Source of the DNA: Vicugna vicugna | Lineage: Eukaryota | Direction of reading: 5' to 3' | Assembly (NCBI GenBank): GCA_013265495.1 | Contig: MU058781.1 | Span: forward strand, 5,521,050 to 5,585,049 | DNA length: 64,000 nt | Part shown: positions 26,416 to 39,454 of the stretch, one piece after another | Layout: every line of letters starts with the position of its first letter | Position numbering within the stretch: the stretch's first letter is position 1 | Program-made: the position numbers and the translations under genes | The notes under the pieces: generated by a model | Told to the model about the DNA's origin: nothing | Database searches by the model: none | Seen by the model: the letters and a program-made list of their open reading frames with translations, nothing else

Positions 26416-27139
26416 AAGGGTAGAAGAATAAAGGATTAAATGTTAAAACAAGAAAGGACCTTAGAAAATACCTAATCTAGCCCTTAATTAGAGCTGAAAA
26501 ATTTAAGTCCCCAAAAGGTGAAGTGTTCTTCTCAGGGTTACATGGTTTGTTAGAAAGCATGTTAGAAAAAAGCCACATAAGAATCTAGGTCCCCTAAACC
26601 ACATACCACTGAATTACTAGTCCTTTGGATCAAGATGTGTTGAATGAATAAAGAAAAAATAAGAACTTCAAATATGCAATACGATAGTACCTGAAACAGT
26701 GGGAGGAAATTTACACTCTCACGGGTTTGGGCAGTGAATTTTAACGCAGCACACTTAGCACTGGGGTACTTGGACCCCAGGGTCACACAAAGGCATTCTA
26801 AGGCAGACGTAGGCTTGGGTGGTTTTAAGATGGAATCAATTTCCATCCTTATGTTCAACTTCCATCCACCAGTGCTGGGGGAGCGGGTTCTCTTTTCAAC
26901 CTTGCCCTTTCATAGTTGCACAAGTGAGGTTCCCTACTTCTCAAAAGAATGGAAATCCTTCTGCTCAACCTGGTCTTTACATGTGGCATTGCCCTGGCCT
27001 ATAAAACCCTGGGGTGCTCTTTGAAATATTCACTTGGGTTTTGGGAGTGGGGATGACTCTTACCATAGGCAACAGATCCTTTGCTTTCTAAGTTTTGCTT
27101 TCAAGAAAAATAAAGAGGGACACAATCAAGGTGTCCGTT

Positions 27140-28375
27140 GGAAGATCATTGTAAGTTAACGTTTGTGTTAGATCACTGTCGGAATTTTAGCGGATAACTC
27201 AGAGGACATCAGAGAACTGAGTGTCACTGCTAAGACAAAACTCCTTCATTCCCGTCTACTTATGTGACCAAAGTTTCTCATAACTTCTGTCTATAAAGAC
27301 AAGCACAGTAATAGGAATGGCATTGATGCTGAATTCTGTCTCGTTCTAGCAAAAAATTGTAGTCATGAACGGGTACACGAATTAATAGGGGAGTGGGAGG
27401 GAAGTCCTGGTTACCTACGTAGGGCTTCACAGCAATTCTAGCTCTTTCTTTTGGCTATGTGAAAGATTCACATTTCCCCAGCTCCCTTTGAAGTTATGAG
27501 ACCATGTGACTTGCTTTGCTAATGAAGTGCGAAGGGAAGGGACAAGGATCACTTCCAGGAAGAGGCTGCAGAGCTTTTACACTGTTTGCCTTGTTTCCTT
27601 TTTCCTGCTTCAGTGATTATAGAAACATATGTTGAGATGAAGCCTCCAGAAGGCTGAGTCCCCGAGTCACCACCAGGAGCAGTGCCTCTTGCTGAATGAA
27701 ACAGTAGTAATAGCAAGAAGTACACTTGTGCTGTGTTAAGTACCTGAATACGATCCAGCCCATCCAGATTGACCGTGTTCATAAAAGGTACATCTTAATG
27801 ATATTTTGCCTTTGATGCTTTATAATTATTCATATATGTGATTTATTTAAGTTGTTTGGATAATTGTGTCATATAAAAGTTATAATGCAACCCAAAAGAA
27901 AATGTGAGTGATTAGATCATCATGATCACAGGAAATATTAAAATAGACATTTTGATTCCTATGATTTTCTGGCAGAGGAGTATGAGGGGGTGATCAGGAA
28001 AAGCCGTTTCTCCCAGTGCAATCCATTTCATAAAATTTGAAATGGATTACACCAGAATAAATTCCTGAGGGGGACACAGAATGGAAATTGGAATTCAAGG
28101 ACAAAAAGGAACAAGATGGAATTTCAGCCCCAAAAGTAGAGTTTTTTCATGTGTTTTTCAAGTGAAGGTTGATGGACACTAAGTAATCCTGGTGTTAGTC
28201 TTCATGTACTATGTTTACAAATGATGTAACATTTTCAGTTGGAATAAGCTAAGAATTACATCTTTTGCAACTACACTTATAATTTAAAATTTTAGATTTC
28301 ATTTAAAAATATGCAAGAGAATAAGCAGCTTTACAAAATCTTGGAGGTACACTTGAAAAAAAATTGAAAGTGCCA
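27140..28375 (+). mobile_element. Degenerate hAT/Charlie transposon 3' remnant (copy 2, split by an MLT1 LTR)
   Basis: Shares ordered blocks TCACAGGAA, GGGTGATCAG, TTCAAGGA and ATCTTTTGCAAC with 15600-16345. Confidence 0.5.
27400..27775 (+). mobile_element. Ancient MaLR LTR inserted in a hAT element
   Basis: CATTTCCCCAGCTCCCTTTGAAGTTATGAGACCATGTGACTTGCTTTGCTAATGAAGTG. Confidence 0.55.
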
Positions 28376-28393
28376 ATTCTTACCTGTGTAGGA

Positions 28394-28612
28394 CAAGGTG
28401 TGTAAACCCCAGCACTACTGAAATTTAACGTTGGGTAATTCTTTGTGGTGGGGGCTGTCCTACACACTGCAGGGTGTTAAGCAGCATCCTTGGCCTCTCT
28501 CTGCCAGATGCCACTTGCTTCCCACTTTCCGTGGCGACAACCACAAATGTCTCGAGACATTGCCAGATATCCCCAGGGGAAGCAAAATTGTTCCCAGTCG
28601 AAAACTTGATCT
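28394..28612. mobile_element. MER20 hAT DNA transposon
   Basis: TAATTCTTTGTGGTGGGGGCTGTCC...AGCAGCATCCTTGGCCTCT...AAATGTCTCGAGACATTGCCA. Confidence 0.85.
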
Positions 28613-31299
28613 GTAGGTAAAATATTTTTGTTGTTGTTCTTCCCGTTTCTACTTTCTTCAAAGGCATGAGTTATCCAAAAACACTGACAGTGACCCTAGA
28701 ATCCCCTCAACCTTATTTCTATTCTCCTCCAAGCTTAAGAGAAGTGGCCAAGAAATGATGGCTTACACCAGGACCAGTTAACTCATGCATATTTCCTGCC
28801 TGCCCCTGCTCCACACATGTGTTGGTGATGCTGGTGTAAATTGAATTCAGTTTTGATGAAGAATGAAAAACGTGAGTTAGCACTGCTCAGAGCTGTCCCG
28901 TGCCTAACTACTTTATGCCCAATGTTGTGTTAGCTACATGAACACACACAACACGACACAATAATCCAACGTGTCCAGGAGAAGAGAGATGTCAGTTTCT
29001 TGGAGATCTTACTGATTCTTAACAAATGGGGTATTTTTAGTTCTTGAGGAGGAATAGGTGGGGGGGGAAGTTTTATGAATCAATGGAAAGGAAAATAAAG
29101 GCAGCTCGTGAGGGAAATGGGCTGAAGGTCAAGAGCCAAGTGGAAAGAAAGAAAAGCAGAAGTCACCTTGTTCTGTACAACCTGCCCGTGAACTTCATTA
29201 ATTCATTAATACAGGAGGAGGGAACATTGTGGTTAGACATCTGCAGAAGCCAGAGGCTATGTGAGTATTTAGCTTTTGTTTTTGGTCTGAGTTTGGGGCT
29301 GTTTTTCTTGCAACCGTATTGAACAACTGCAGCCCCGTGAGGACAAGAAGAACAAGGGGAAGAAACTCAGCTCTTGGTTTGGAAGGTCTTGAGAAGCTAC
29401 TTATTTAGACACCTGAAAGGTTATGGGGAAGAGCCAGGAGACCAGATTTGACTTGAGTTTGCCGCCTCTGGTATTGGAAGAAAAAATAATCTGCTGTTTG
29501 AGGAGCCCAGAATAGCTCAGTGCTTCATTTCTTACTATGCTCTGCTCTCAGAGGAGGACTCCCTTGCCTTTAAATATAATAAATCAAAAGCATGGTGGCG
29601 GGAGATGAGAAGAGTGTTGAAATGCTCCCTCTTGCTTGCTCTCTCTCTCTCTTTTTCCCCTCCAAGTTTTCATCACCTTAAAGGAGTAAAAAGCAAATTA
29701 GTTATTGGCTTCTCAATAGCAGAATGAAAAGCTTAACTCTTCTTACTACTGCTGTTCCAGGCCACCTAGTCACTAAAGGCAAGAATGCAGCAGTCCTGGC
29801 AGCCAGTGGATCGCAGACATTAGAAAGCAGACAGGTGATTTTCTCCTTTTGTTAAAGCTATCCGGAACACTAAACGATGCTTGAGAAACGAGGAGAGTCG
29901 GGGTATAGCCCAGGACACCGCATGGAAGAAGACGGAGCTAATGGGATTATCCAGTCTCCCTGCAGCTCAGCCAAAGGTTATCACCAAGAGACTTAACAGC
30001 ACCTTGTATTTGAAAAGATTCTAAAATACTTCAGTTTACCAAACATGTGTCCCACACTCAGAACTTTTGTCATTCCATTTGCTCTCTGCAAGAAATTTTC
30101 TGCCTGAAATAGCTCTCCCGTGCTCTGGGTTCTGTTACAAATCCCAGAGACTCATTCTAGAACTCAAACTCGATTGCTTTTTGTTTAAAGTTTCTTGGAA
30201 GCACTGGAGAATGGTGTTCTATGAATCAATGAATCCAATAGATACGGAGTGAGATTGTCATCATTGTCATAAATGCCTGGTTAATGAGGACAGAGGTCTA
30301 CCAGGGGAAAAAACAGGACACTTTGATTTCTGACCAACCTGACAGTGATGGTCAGTGAGGTCTGGAGAAAAAGAAGAGCATATCTCACATGAGAAGATCC
30401 TAAGGTCTGTAACACTTAAATAAGAATTTCAACCCAAATGTCTTGCAAAAAGGCCATGATTCACTAGGTTGTCTTCTGTATCACACAAACCTCGGTGAAA
30501 CGCTCACGTTGGTGGAGCAGGGACTAACATTAACCAGCTGAGTAATAATAATAAAAGGCAGGGTGTATGTTTATCAAACAGCAATAATTAACAGGTATGA
30601 AGTCATTTGGGAGTTGCAAATAAATGTCTGCGGAGGTCAGGCAAGCAAAGCAAACATGTAAATCAGGCGGGGGGTGGTACAGCAGAACCTGGCGGGGTCT
30701 GCCCTGAACTGGAAAAAATATATATCATCTGCTAACAGCCTGCACTCTCCATTACAAAAAGAAAGAAAGAAAAAAAGAAAAGCAAAACAAAAGACAAACA
30801 AAACCACTGTGCTAGTGAAACCAGACAATTCAGGTTTGGGTGAGAAAGCAGACCTGCAAGCCCTGTAAGTAGCTCTGGCTCTCAGTCGCCAGGTTCTGCC
30901 CTGGTCCCTGGATGAAATCTTGGAGGACAGGTTAAGCATCTGTCCCATTTATGGAAACGGCTCAGTGACTCAAGTCAAGAAATACTTATTCAGTTATATA
31001 ATAGAGCCCTTTACCTACAGAATTCTTTCTCCCAGATTGCGCGGTGGGTGTACCTGGATAGACAAGTGTTGTAAATAGGAGTCATGGGAAATTCCTCGTA
31101 TTTCCATCCACTGCATCACACGACGTTCTCTTGACAAAGAGAGTTTATCACTAGCAAACGCTCAGTAAAAAAAAATTCTAAAGAATGATCCTCAGAGTAA
31201 GAGAGTTACCCACATAGTAGGCCTGAGATTTAAGAAGGATAAAGTAGTAATATGTGGGTAAAAGTAACTAGATGGTGACTTAAAAGCACCAACAACACA

Positions 31300-32163
31300 G
31301 TGGCAATGATATTACTTACTGACCTGCTGGGGTGAAAATAAATAAATGACAAAGAGACTCAAAACACCACACAAAAGTAGCATGTAAGTCAGGAACAGGA
31401 TGAATGGACTCCGTGTATTATCTGGGGACAGGCATAAAGCTTTTGATCATTTAAGAACTTAATAAGCTAAACACACATGTTATGATTTCTAGGGACTGAA
31501 TAAAAGAACAGAAACAAAGAACGTAACTTTCATATTAGTAAAGGATGGAGAAAGCAAATGATAAAAAAATTCTCAGTCATGAATGCCAAAATTAGAAGAA
31601 ACTTTAATGAGAAAGAGGATAATTGTATAGCCTCCAAATGGTTCTCCAAATTTATTTGCTAATTACTGGGCAACATTAACATACATCCACAAATTCTTTG
31701 ATACTCCTTCCTCCAAGGGGGAGCTAAATCCCCTCTCCTCGAATGAGGGCTGGACCGAGAGACTCGATTCTAGTGAACGGAGCACGGAGACAGGAAAACG
31801 GTCACTCTGCAGTGGAGAAACCTGGCAGACACCACCTTAACCAAGTCATCAAGGCTCACATCTCCAGTAATAAGTCACGTTAATGTTACGAACCCCCTGA
31901 TACAAGGCAATGAGAAGACTGCTTCACCTGTGTGGTATCCCATACACACACCCCCCATAAGTCAAGTCTTATATTAAGAAAACATCACGTAAACCCAAAC
32001 TAAGGGACAAGATACATGACCAGCTGTCTTCAAAAGTCTCAAGGTCATGAAAGACAAGGAACTGAAAGAGACTAAGGAAGCTCTTGGTGATGACTGCATA
32101 TCAAAATGCAATATCCTGGTTTGAATCCTGGAACAGAAAAAAAAAAATTAGTAGAAAAATCGG
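31300..32163 (+). mobile_element. Ancient L1 (L1MC-like) 3' region
   Basis: GAGAAACCTGGCAGACACCACCTTAACCAAGT, GTCTCAAGGTCATGAAAGACAAGG and GAATCCTGGAACAGAAAAA motifs. Confidence 0.6.
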
Positions 32164-32715
32164 TGTGACAGACAGGCCTAGGGGTGTCCCTATCCTCCCC
32201 ACCTCCTGGAGTTCAGGCCCTTTTATAATCCCCTCCTGCTGAGTGTGGGTGGGACTTCTGACTTGCTTCTATCCAACAGAATACAGCACAGTGATGAACT
32301 ATTAACTCCAGGGATGACATTCTGTTAAACAGGACTCCATCTGGCTAGCAAGCTCAGATTCCCTCTATTGCCAGCCCTGAAGATGCATGCTTTCAGGAAG
32401 CACGTGGCCATGCTGGAGAAGCCTGGATAGCAGGATCTGTAAGCAGCCTTTAGGTGCTAGGAGAGGCCTCCAGCTGGAATCTGAAACCCTCACTTCTGCA
32501 GCTGCAGGAAATGTATTCTCACAACCATCTGAGGAAGCTTGGAGGCAGGTCTTTCCCCAGTTGAGGTTCTGATGAGATCATCCTTCTGGCAACACCTGGG
32601 TTGCATCCTGATAAAACCTTGAAGCAAAAGAACCCAAGTAAGCCATGCCCAAATGTCTGACCTATAGAAATTATGTTTGTAAAGCTATTTTTTTGGTAAT
32701 TTGTTTATAACAAAT
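32164..32715 (+). mobile_element. Older MaLR LTR (MLT1E/F-like)
   Basis: CCCCACCTCCTGGAGTTCA...GAGTGTGGGTGGGACTTCTGACTTGCTTCTA...AAGCCATGCCCAAATGTCTGACC. Confidence 0.65.
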
Positions 32716-33884
32716 ATAAGTGCTAAAATCCACTCCCCCCCAAAATTTACACTTTTAAAACCTTAAATTCTTTAAGCTTTCAAATTTAGGTTCCTCGTTA
32801 TATTATTCTAAGTTTAGCAAATTTTCCCATGAAGCCTTTGAAAATGTTTAGTCCTATTTATAAATGTTATTAAATTTCTCTTAAATGTGTTACACTGCAT
32901 ATTTAAATTTAAAATACTCTTTTTCCTTTTAGTGCTTCAATTGACTTAACAAATAAAATCTTCCCATGTATTTAAATAACTCATAAAACTACTAAATTAA
33001 AAAAAATAAATATGTTGAACCTTCTGTTCTTGTGACTGTTGCAACTTTGCATACAGACTTGGTAAGATTGTAACTTAAAATAACAAATCGTAGGGGAGAA
33101 AAAATAATTTCCCCTCTACCCTTCTGAGTTCTTAGCTGAGATCCCTGGAACATGACTTTGCGCCTGGGAAGAGGGCTGGTATGCTGGAACATGTTCCAGA
33201 AGGAAGGGAAATGGACTGTGCAAAGTGAACTTCTGTTTCTATTCTAACAGAGAGGGAGAGTGGAAGAAACCTGGAGTAACCCAGCAAGGTCAATCCAAGG
33301 AGACTTTTTCTTTAAGACGCTGTAGGTAACAATGACTCTAAGCCCACACACTTAAGCCCTATACTTAAACCCCAGGCAGATGCTTAACATGGTTAGTTTC
33401 TTTTCCCTCTTGGGAGAGTAAGTTTTAAATAACCATATAGTAATTATATTTTACTTTTATTTTGTTTTTAATTAGAAACTCAAGATCAGAGTTAAGTTCC
33501 CTTTCACTACTTTGGTAATAAACAGCCCATCTGCCTGACTCACACAACGACTTGATAAGGGTCATAAACATGTCGTTTGCCCAACTAATTGTGGTGACTT
33601 TCATCCTCTCCCAGATAACTTTCGTTTCTTCCTGTGAAATTTCAAGAACTTCCTGTAGGGCAAAGAGAATGAGAGAGCAAGTGGGATGGGCGAAGTCCTT
33701 CATCAGGTGCTGACATTTGTGTTAAATGATTAATGTGATGCATCTTTATGGTCAGCTGTACCAAATATGAGTTCTTGACAACAGTTCAAGCCTGTAGACA
33801 CCTGAAAAAGATGATCCCTGTCTTCGCGCAGTTTGCAGTCTAGTCTGAGGATATAAAACACATAGTGTAACATGACCCGAAATA

Positions 33885-34295
33885 AATAGCTACCATTTAC
33901 TGAGTAAGTATGGAACACAGACACGCATTTATTTATCACAAGAGCCTGGGAGAGGATAGCATTAAACCTTTTTCTTCCTCTCTCTTTTAACTTATGAGAA
34001 AACTGAGGTTTAGAGAAATTGACTCCCCAGAGGTCACCCCGCTAGAAAGTGGTGGGGTCAGGTTTTGAACCCAGGCAGAGAGAGGTCCCAGGACAAAAGC
34101 AGCTTTAGTTAAGGTTGTAGTACGTTTTAAGGACTGAGAGATTTATATTTAACTTTACTGCGACCTTGGGCAAGTTATTTCGTTTCTATGGTCCTCGTTT
34201 TCCTTATCTGCAAACTGGCTCCTTCTTCATTGGGTTGTTGTGAGAATGAATGAGAAGGTGCAGGCACTTAAGCACATTCCTAATGTGTAATTAGG
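33885..34295. mobile_element. Two oppositely oriented MIR fragments upstream of the promoter
   Basis: ATGAGAAAACTGAGGTTAGAGA (antisense core, ~33995), then GACCTTGGGCAAGTTATTT...CCTCGTTTTCCTTATCTGCAAA (sense core, ~34160). Confidence 0.65.
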
Positions 34296-34557
34296 GCTCC
34301 GTGTGGTCAACAAGTGAATTAAAAATAAACTGGCCTCACCGATAACTCTCAGAGGGACTCAGGTCCCTGGAATTCCAGGATCTGCGCTGACTATCGACTT
34401 CACTGCTTTTACCCAAATGAACAAACTAACCCACCAAACCCCGAAATCCAGAGGGGATCCAAAAATTGCCTCAACAAGTCCACTGCTGCTAAATAAGTTC
34501 ACCTGCGCACACTCTTGTCCTTAATGCTATCCATTTTACCACGGGTTTAATTTTTGG

Positions 34558-34580
34558 CACGTGAGACGTGTGACTCAGCA
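34558..34580. promoter_or_regulatory. E-box (CACGTG) next to an NF-E2/NRF2/AP-1 site (GTGACTCAGCA)
   Basis: CACGTG at 34558-34563. GTGACTCAGCA at 34570-34580 is the reverse complement of the TGCTGAGTCAC consensus. ~450 bp upstream of the ATG. Confidence 0.55.
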
Positions 34581-34719
34581 CTGGGTGAGCACTTGAGGCT
34601 TGAAATTGGAGAAAGGAGAAGGAAAACCGAGTGGACTTCATCTTCGGGTAAGGCAGTCATATACCAAGTCTCCTCCCTATGGGGGACCTCGGTGACAGGC
34701 TAGACAGTGTGCATTCCCC

Positions 34720-35200
34720 ACCTCGTCCCCAACCCCCGCCACTTCGGTCGCCGCACGAGAAAGGCTGTAAACGGGCGGGCTGCATCTTAAAATGTCACAC
34801 AAGCGGACTTCTTATCGGGTGTCTGGTCTGGCCCCTACTCGCCATTCCCCCCTCCCCTCCCCACCTGGGGCCCCTAGAGCCGGGGCGGGGGCGGGGCCCA
34901 CGGGGCGCGGGCGCGGCCTGGGGCGCCAGGAGGCCTTAAGGGCGCAGCGTGCGCGCCCGGCCGCCCGTATGCACCCGCCGCGGCACAGCGTTCGCGCCGC
35001 CCCGCCCCAAGCGCGCCGCCCGGCACCATGCCCCGTATAGATGCGGACCTCAAGCTGGACTTCAAGGATGTCCTGCTCCGACCCAAACGAAGCAGCCTCA
35101 AGAGCCGAGCCGAGGTGGGGCCCTTCGAAAGCCGCGTTGGGGTGGGATTTTTTTTTTTCCTGGGTGGCACGGGGGAGATGGGTGCAAGGCGCTGGGATGT
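34720..35200 (+). promoter_or_regulatory. CpG-island promoter and 5' region of GMPR
   Basis: Sharp rise in GC and CpG density. Tandem Sp/KLF GC boxes GGGGCGGGGGCGGGGC at ~34881-34896 and CCCCGCCCC at ~35000. TTAA element at ~34936. Spans the start codon. Confidence 0.88.
35028..35114 (+). CDS. GMPR: GMP reductase 1, coding exon 1 (aa 1-29)
   Basis: Context GGCACCATG. Translates MPRIDADLKLDFKDVLLRPKRSSLKSRAE, the GMPR1-type N-terminus (GMPR2 begins MPHIDNDVK). Donor GAG|gtgggg, phase 0. Confidence 0.97.
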
Positions 35201-38159
35201 GCCGACCTTGCCAACTTTTCTGTGTGTCTGAAGGTAGATGGGGCGCTGACCCCCTTTGCCCTCCCCACCACCAGAGACAAGGGAAAGCCAGCTGGTTCCC
35301 TGCCAGCACAGGAGGTGTCTTTATGGGGGCCGGCTCCGGTTGGGTGGGCAAGGGGAAGCGTGCAATAGAACTAGATGCCAGAGGAGTGAAGATGAAGTGG
35401 CCAACTGATTTGGAAAGAATGGAGGGAGTTGTTTAGATGAGTGAGTGTAGAGGGGAAAGGACACGGTAGAGTCAGAGTACGAAGGGAGAGGGAGAATTCG
35501 CGGAGTGCCTCTTAGTGCGGAGAACTGCTGCTGCGTTAGTATCGGGTCCTGCAATGGAAATTTTTTTTTAAAGCTCTGAAACACGGGGGAAACTCCAGGG
35601 CAAAAGTTCAGGGTTTACTTTCTGCATTTCAGTGGCTTTCCGGGAATGCGCCTGGGGACATATGCCTGGTGGCACCTACTTATTGGACAGCTGCAGTCCA
35701 GCCTAGTATTTGGGGAGCTGAAAGCACTGGGGTGCGGGTGTTGAGGGTGGGGGACAAAGGCACCGCTGAGATGGGCAGTTTTGCTGGTTCTGCCTTAATG
35801 AGGTCAAAGCCTGAGAAACAGGTGGAGACCAGAGTGGAAAGAGCCAGGGTGTGGGGGCAGGAGGAAGGTCAAACCATGAAGGGTAAACTAGTTGCACAGA
35901 AAGGCAGAGTCCCCTGGAGGCCTGTGTGCTGGGGACCGTGGTTTTGCCTGGTTGGCTGAGAGCTGGAGAGGAAGGTGAGGAAACTGCTGGGTCTGGAGGC
36001 AGGGGCTGCAGAAGTAAACAGGAGAAGGCTGAGCCAGCACCCCACTCCATCGGTCCTGCTCCTGGAGCCATAAATAAATCCCCTCCAGAGGAACTGGGCT
36101 GTCTGCCTGTGTCCGGGTCTAAGTCCTAACTGCAGTGCCTGGTGCTGCCAGCTGAGGGCTTGTTTCAATTAAGGAAGCCTCCTGCTTTAGCTGATGACCA
36201 GAAGCAACCAAATCACCTTCTTAAGCTGGAGGGTTGGCAGCTGGAGCCAGAACTAGACGAGGCAAAGAATGATTAACACTTACCACCCTGGATTGGTCAA
36301 CTCTGTTCCTGTCCTTCAGCATGTCCTTTCAGGTGCTACAGAGCAGGGCAGACACTCAGAAGAAAAATAAACAGCTTTGATTGCAGGCTTGGGTCTCCTG
36401 AACTCTAAGCGGTAGCTGGTACCTAAGTCCAGATCAAGATGAGATGTGGGGATTCTGGGCAGACTGATTTGGTGGCCTCAATAGTCTGAGTATTTGTTCA
36501 CAATGCACTTAGTATAGAGAAACTTATTTTAAGAAAAACTGTATGTTTAAAAATGAAGGTATATGTATTGTCTGAAGCAGAAAACCTCTTGAGAAGGTAA
36601 AACAGTTAGGATTTATGTAACAGAATGAGTTACTCTTTCCCAGGGAATAAAATGACATCATGCATCATTCGGCTTCATAATTTGGGCTGATTGAAACTAT
36701 TAATGTCCCAGCTTCCCAGGACACCTTGCAGTCTACATGCACACACAGCAGTTCGATCTCTGTGCCCTTGAAATGCTTTCATATTTCCACGTTTGTGGGA
36801 GTTTGCCAGCCCCCTGCCTGGAAACCTGAGTTGACTGGTGTTGCCTTTCTAGTTAGTTCCTGTCCTGGTTTAGCTCCCTGGCTTGTGACCCCCCCCCATC
36901 ATCTGACTGCCTGCTTCAGAGATGCTGTGGGATCTCAGTAGACCTCTAGTCCCCCCTCAGCGTTTTCTCAGTTTGCTTGTGGACACCTGAAATTTCTCGT
37001 AGGGAGATAAAAACTTGGCCTTGTGCAACCGGAGAGAATCCTAAAATGTATGCCCCTAGGTGGAATGATACCTAAATGCAAATTGGAAACTAAATGGTTA
37101 GTGACCAGACTTTGAGCCTAACCAGAGAGCAGATCTGAGTGGAGCCAGGAGAGAAAACATTGGAGCCTGGAGAGAAAACATAACCTGTGACATCAGTCTG
37201 GCTGGGACGGGAGAGTTTTGACCGTTGACAAGATTTATCACTGCAGCAGTTTTGCCGAGAGCCAGGCCTGCGCCGGATCATCAGGCAGTCAGCAGGAAAT
37301 GGGGAGAAAGGCAGAGCGACCTCCCACTCAGAAGTGTAGTTCTCCTGCAAGGGCAGTTCCACAGGTGTCACATAAAATGAATTTGAGGTCAACTCCCAGA
37401 GGCAGAGGGACAGGTGGAGATAGCCAGGTGGCCTTACTGTGGTTGCACTGGATTGACAGTCCACCTTAGCTGTCCATCCACTACATGTATTAATGTCCTC
37501 ACCCAACCCTGGGACACAAGGATGAAGGGCCACAGGGCTGCGTGGCAGCATTTGGGTCGTCTTTTCAAAGGAGATGACGTGTCGATTGGCAAGACCTTTG
37601 TCCTTGCTTGACACACTGAAGAGGTGATGTCATTCCTTGACCCCCTGAGCATTTTCTTCCACAGGACCCGTTCCTGGCTCTCATGTCCCACCCTAGTCTT
37701 TAAGCTAGTAAGATTTTGAAAAGAACCCACAGGCCTAGCAACACAGCCGTAACTTGGGAAGTCAGACAGTGAAGGAACTTGCAGCAGAAAATTGGCCACT
37801 TACTTGAAGGGACAGAGAAGACATGACCCCAATGAGTGATCAGTCTCCTTAAGACTCCATGGTCATTTTTTCACCAGTGGTCCAGTGAGAAGTGGACTAG
37901 CGCCAGTGAGTTCTGGTCCAGCTTCAGTGGACAACAGGCTGGCCCGAGGGGGATGAGACCATGGCAGAGAAGAGAGACTCTTGGGCTGGGAGAAAGGAGA
38001 CCTGGGTTCTGGTCCAAGCTCTGCACTAATTGTTTTTAAATTCTTTTGGGGGGGGTATAATTAAGTTTGTTTATTTGTTTACCTTTTTAATAATAAGAGC
38101 AGCATTTATTGACTTTACCATATGCCAGGCACTAAGTCCTTTGTGTATATTATCTCATA

Positions 38160-39175
38160 CATCTTTTTTTAAACTTCAGTTTTATTAAGGAGTAACTGAT
38201 ACATAAAATTGTAAGCTGTTTAAAATGTATGTCATGAAGATTTGCTACACTTGTACATCGTGAAAGGATTCTCCCCATCTAGGTAATTAACACATTCATC
38301 TCATGTATTTATTTATTAATTTTTTTGATGAAAACATGTAAATTCTACTTTCTCAGTGAATTTCAATTATACAGTACGGTGTTACCAACTGTAGTCAGCA
38401 TGTCTTAGGTTCTCAGACCTTATTCATCCTACAGCAGAAAGTTTATGTGCTTTTACCAACCTCTCCCTATATCCCCTACTCCACCTCCTAGCAACCACTT
38501 TCTACTCTGTTTCTAAGAGTTCAACTTTCTTTGCTTTTTTTTTTTCCCCTAGATTCCACATATAAGTGGCACTGTGCAGTGTTTGCTTTCTCTGGTTTAT
38601 TTCACTTAGCATAATACCCTCAAGTCCATCCATGCTGTCTCAAATGGCAGAATTTCCTTCCTTCTCATGGCTGAATAGTGTTTAATTATACATATATATG
38701 TACGTACTATACACACACACACCCCACATCTTCTTTATCTACTCATCTACTGATGGACATTTGGGCTGTTTCCATGTCTTGACTACTGTGAATAGTGCTG
38801 CAATGAACGTGGCAGTGCAGGTATCTCTTCCGTTTCTTATTTGTATTGCCTTTGTCTGTATACCCAGAAATGGGATTGCTGGATATGGTAATTATATTTT
38901 TAAGGTTTTGAGGAACCTCCATACTGTTTTCCATAGTAGCTGCCTCAGGTTACATTCCCACCAATAGTACACGAGCGTTCCCTTTCTCCAGATCCTCTCC
39001 AACATTTATTTGTGGTCTTTTTTGATGATTGCCATTCTGATGGGTGTGAGGTGATACCTTATTGTGGGTTGTTTGCATTTTCCTGATGATTAGTGATGTT
39101 AAGTGTTTTCTCATGTCTGTTGGCCATCTCTGTCTTCTTCAGGAAAGTGTCTATTCAGTTCCTCTGCCCATTTTT
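38160..39175 (-). mobile_element. LINE-1 3' portion, antisense, in intron 1
   Basis: TTTCACTTAGCATAATACCCTCAAGTCCATCCATG, GATGGACATTTGGGCTGTTTCCATGTCTTG and GAGGAACCTCCATACTGTTTTCCATAG. Confidence 0.9.
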
Positions 39176-39454
39176 ATTCATTTTTCAGTTTTATTAGGTA
39201 GAATTGTTATAATTTGACTGCACATACACAATATATTGCATGTAAATACATATATACAATATACTGCACATTCTTTTTAGTTTACATATATGTACTGACC
39301 TTTGTTTCTAAGAACAGTTTAGAGCTTTAGCTTTTTAAACTTATGTAGTTATCAAAGGAATAAAGCCAACCACAAAATAAGAATCAACAGAATGTGGTAA
39401 TCCAATCATAAAGGACAGATATGCTTACACATATTTAAGAGATCAGTCATCTAA

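Noticed and set aside
34679..35436. Multiple ORFs across the promoter
   Set aside because: CpG-island artefacts. Only 35028-35114 matches GMPR.
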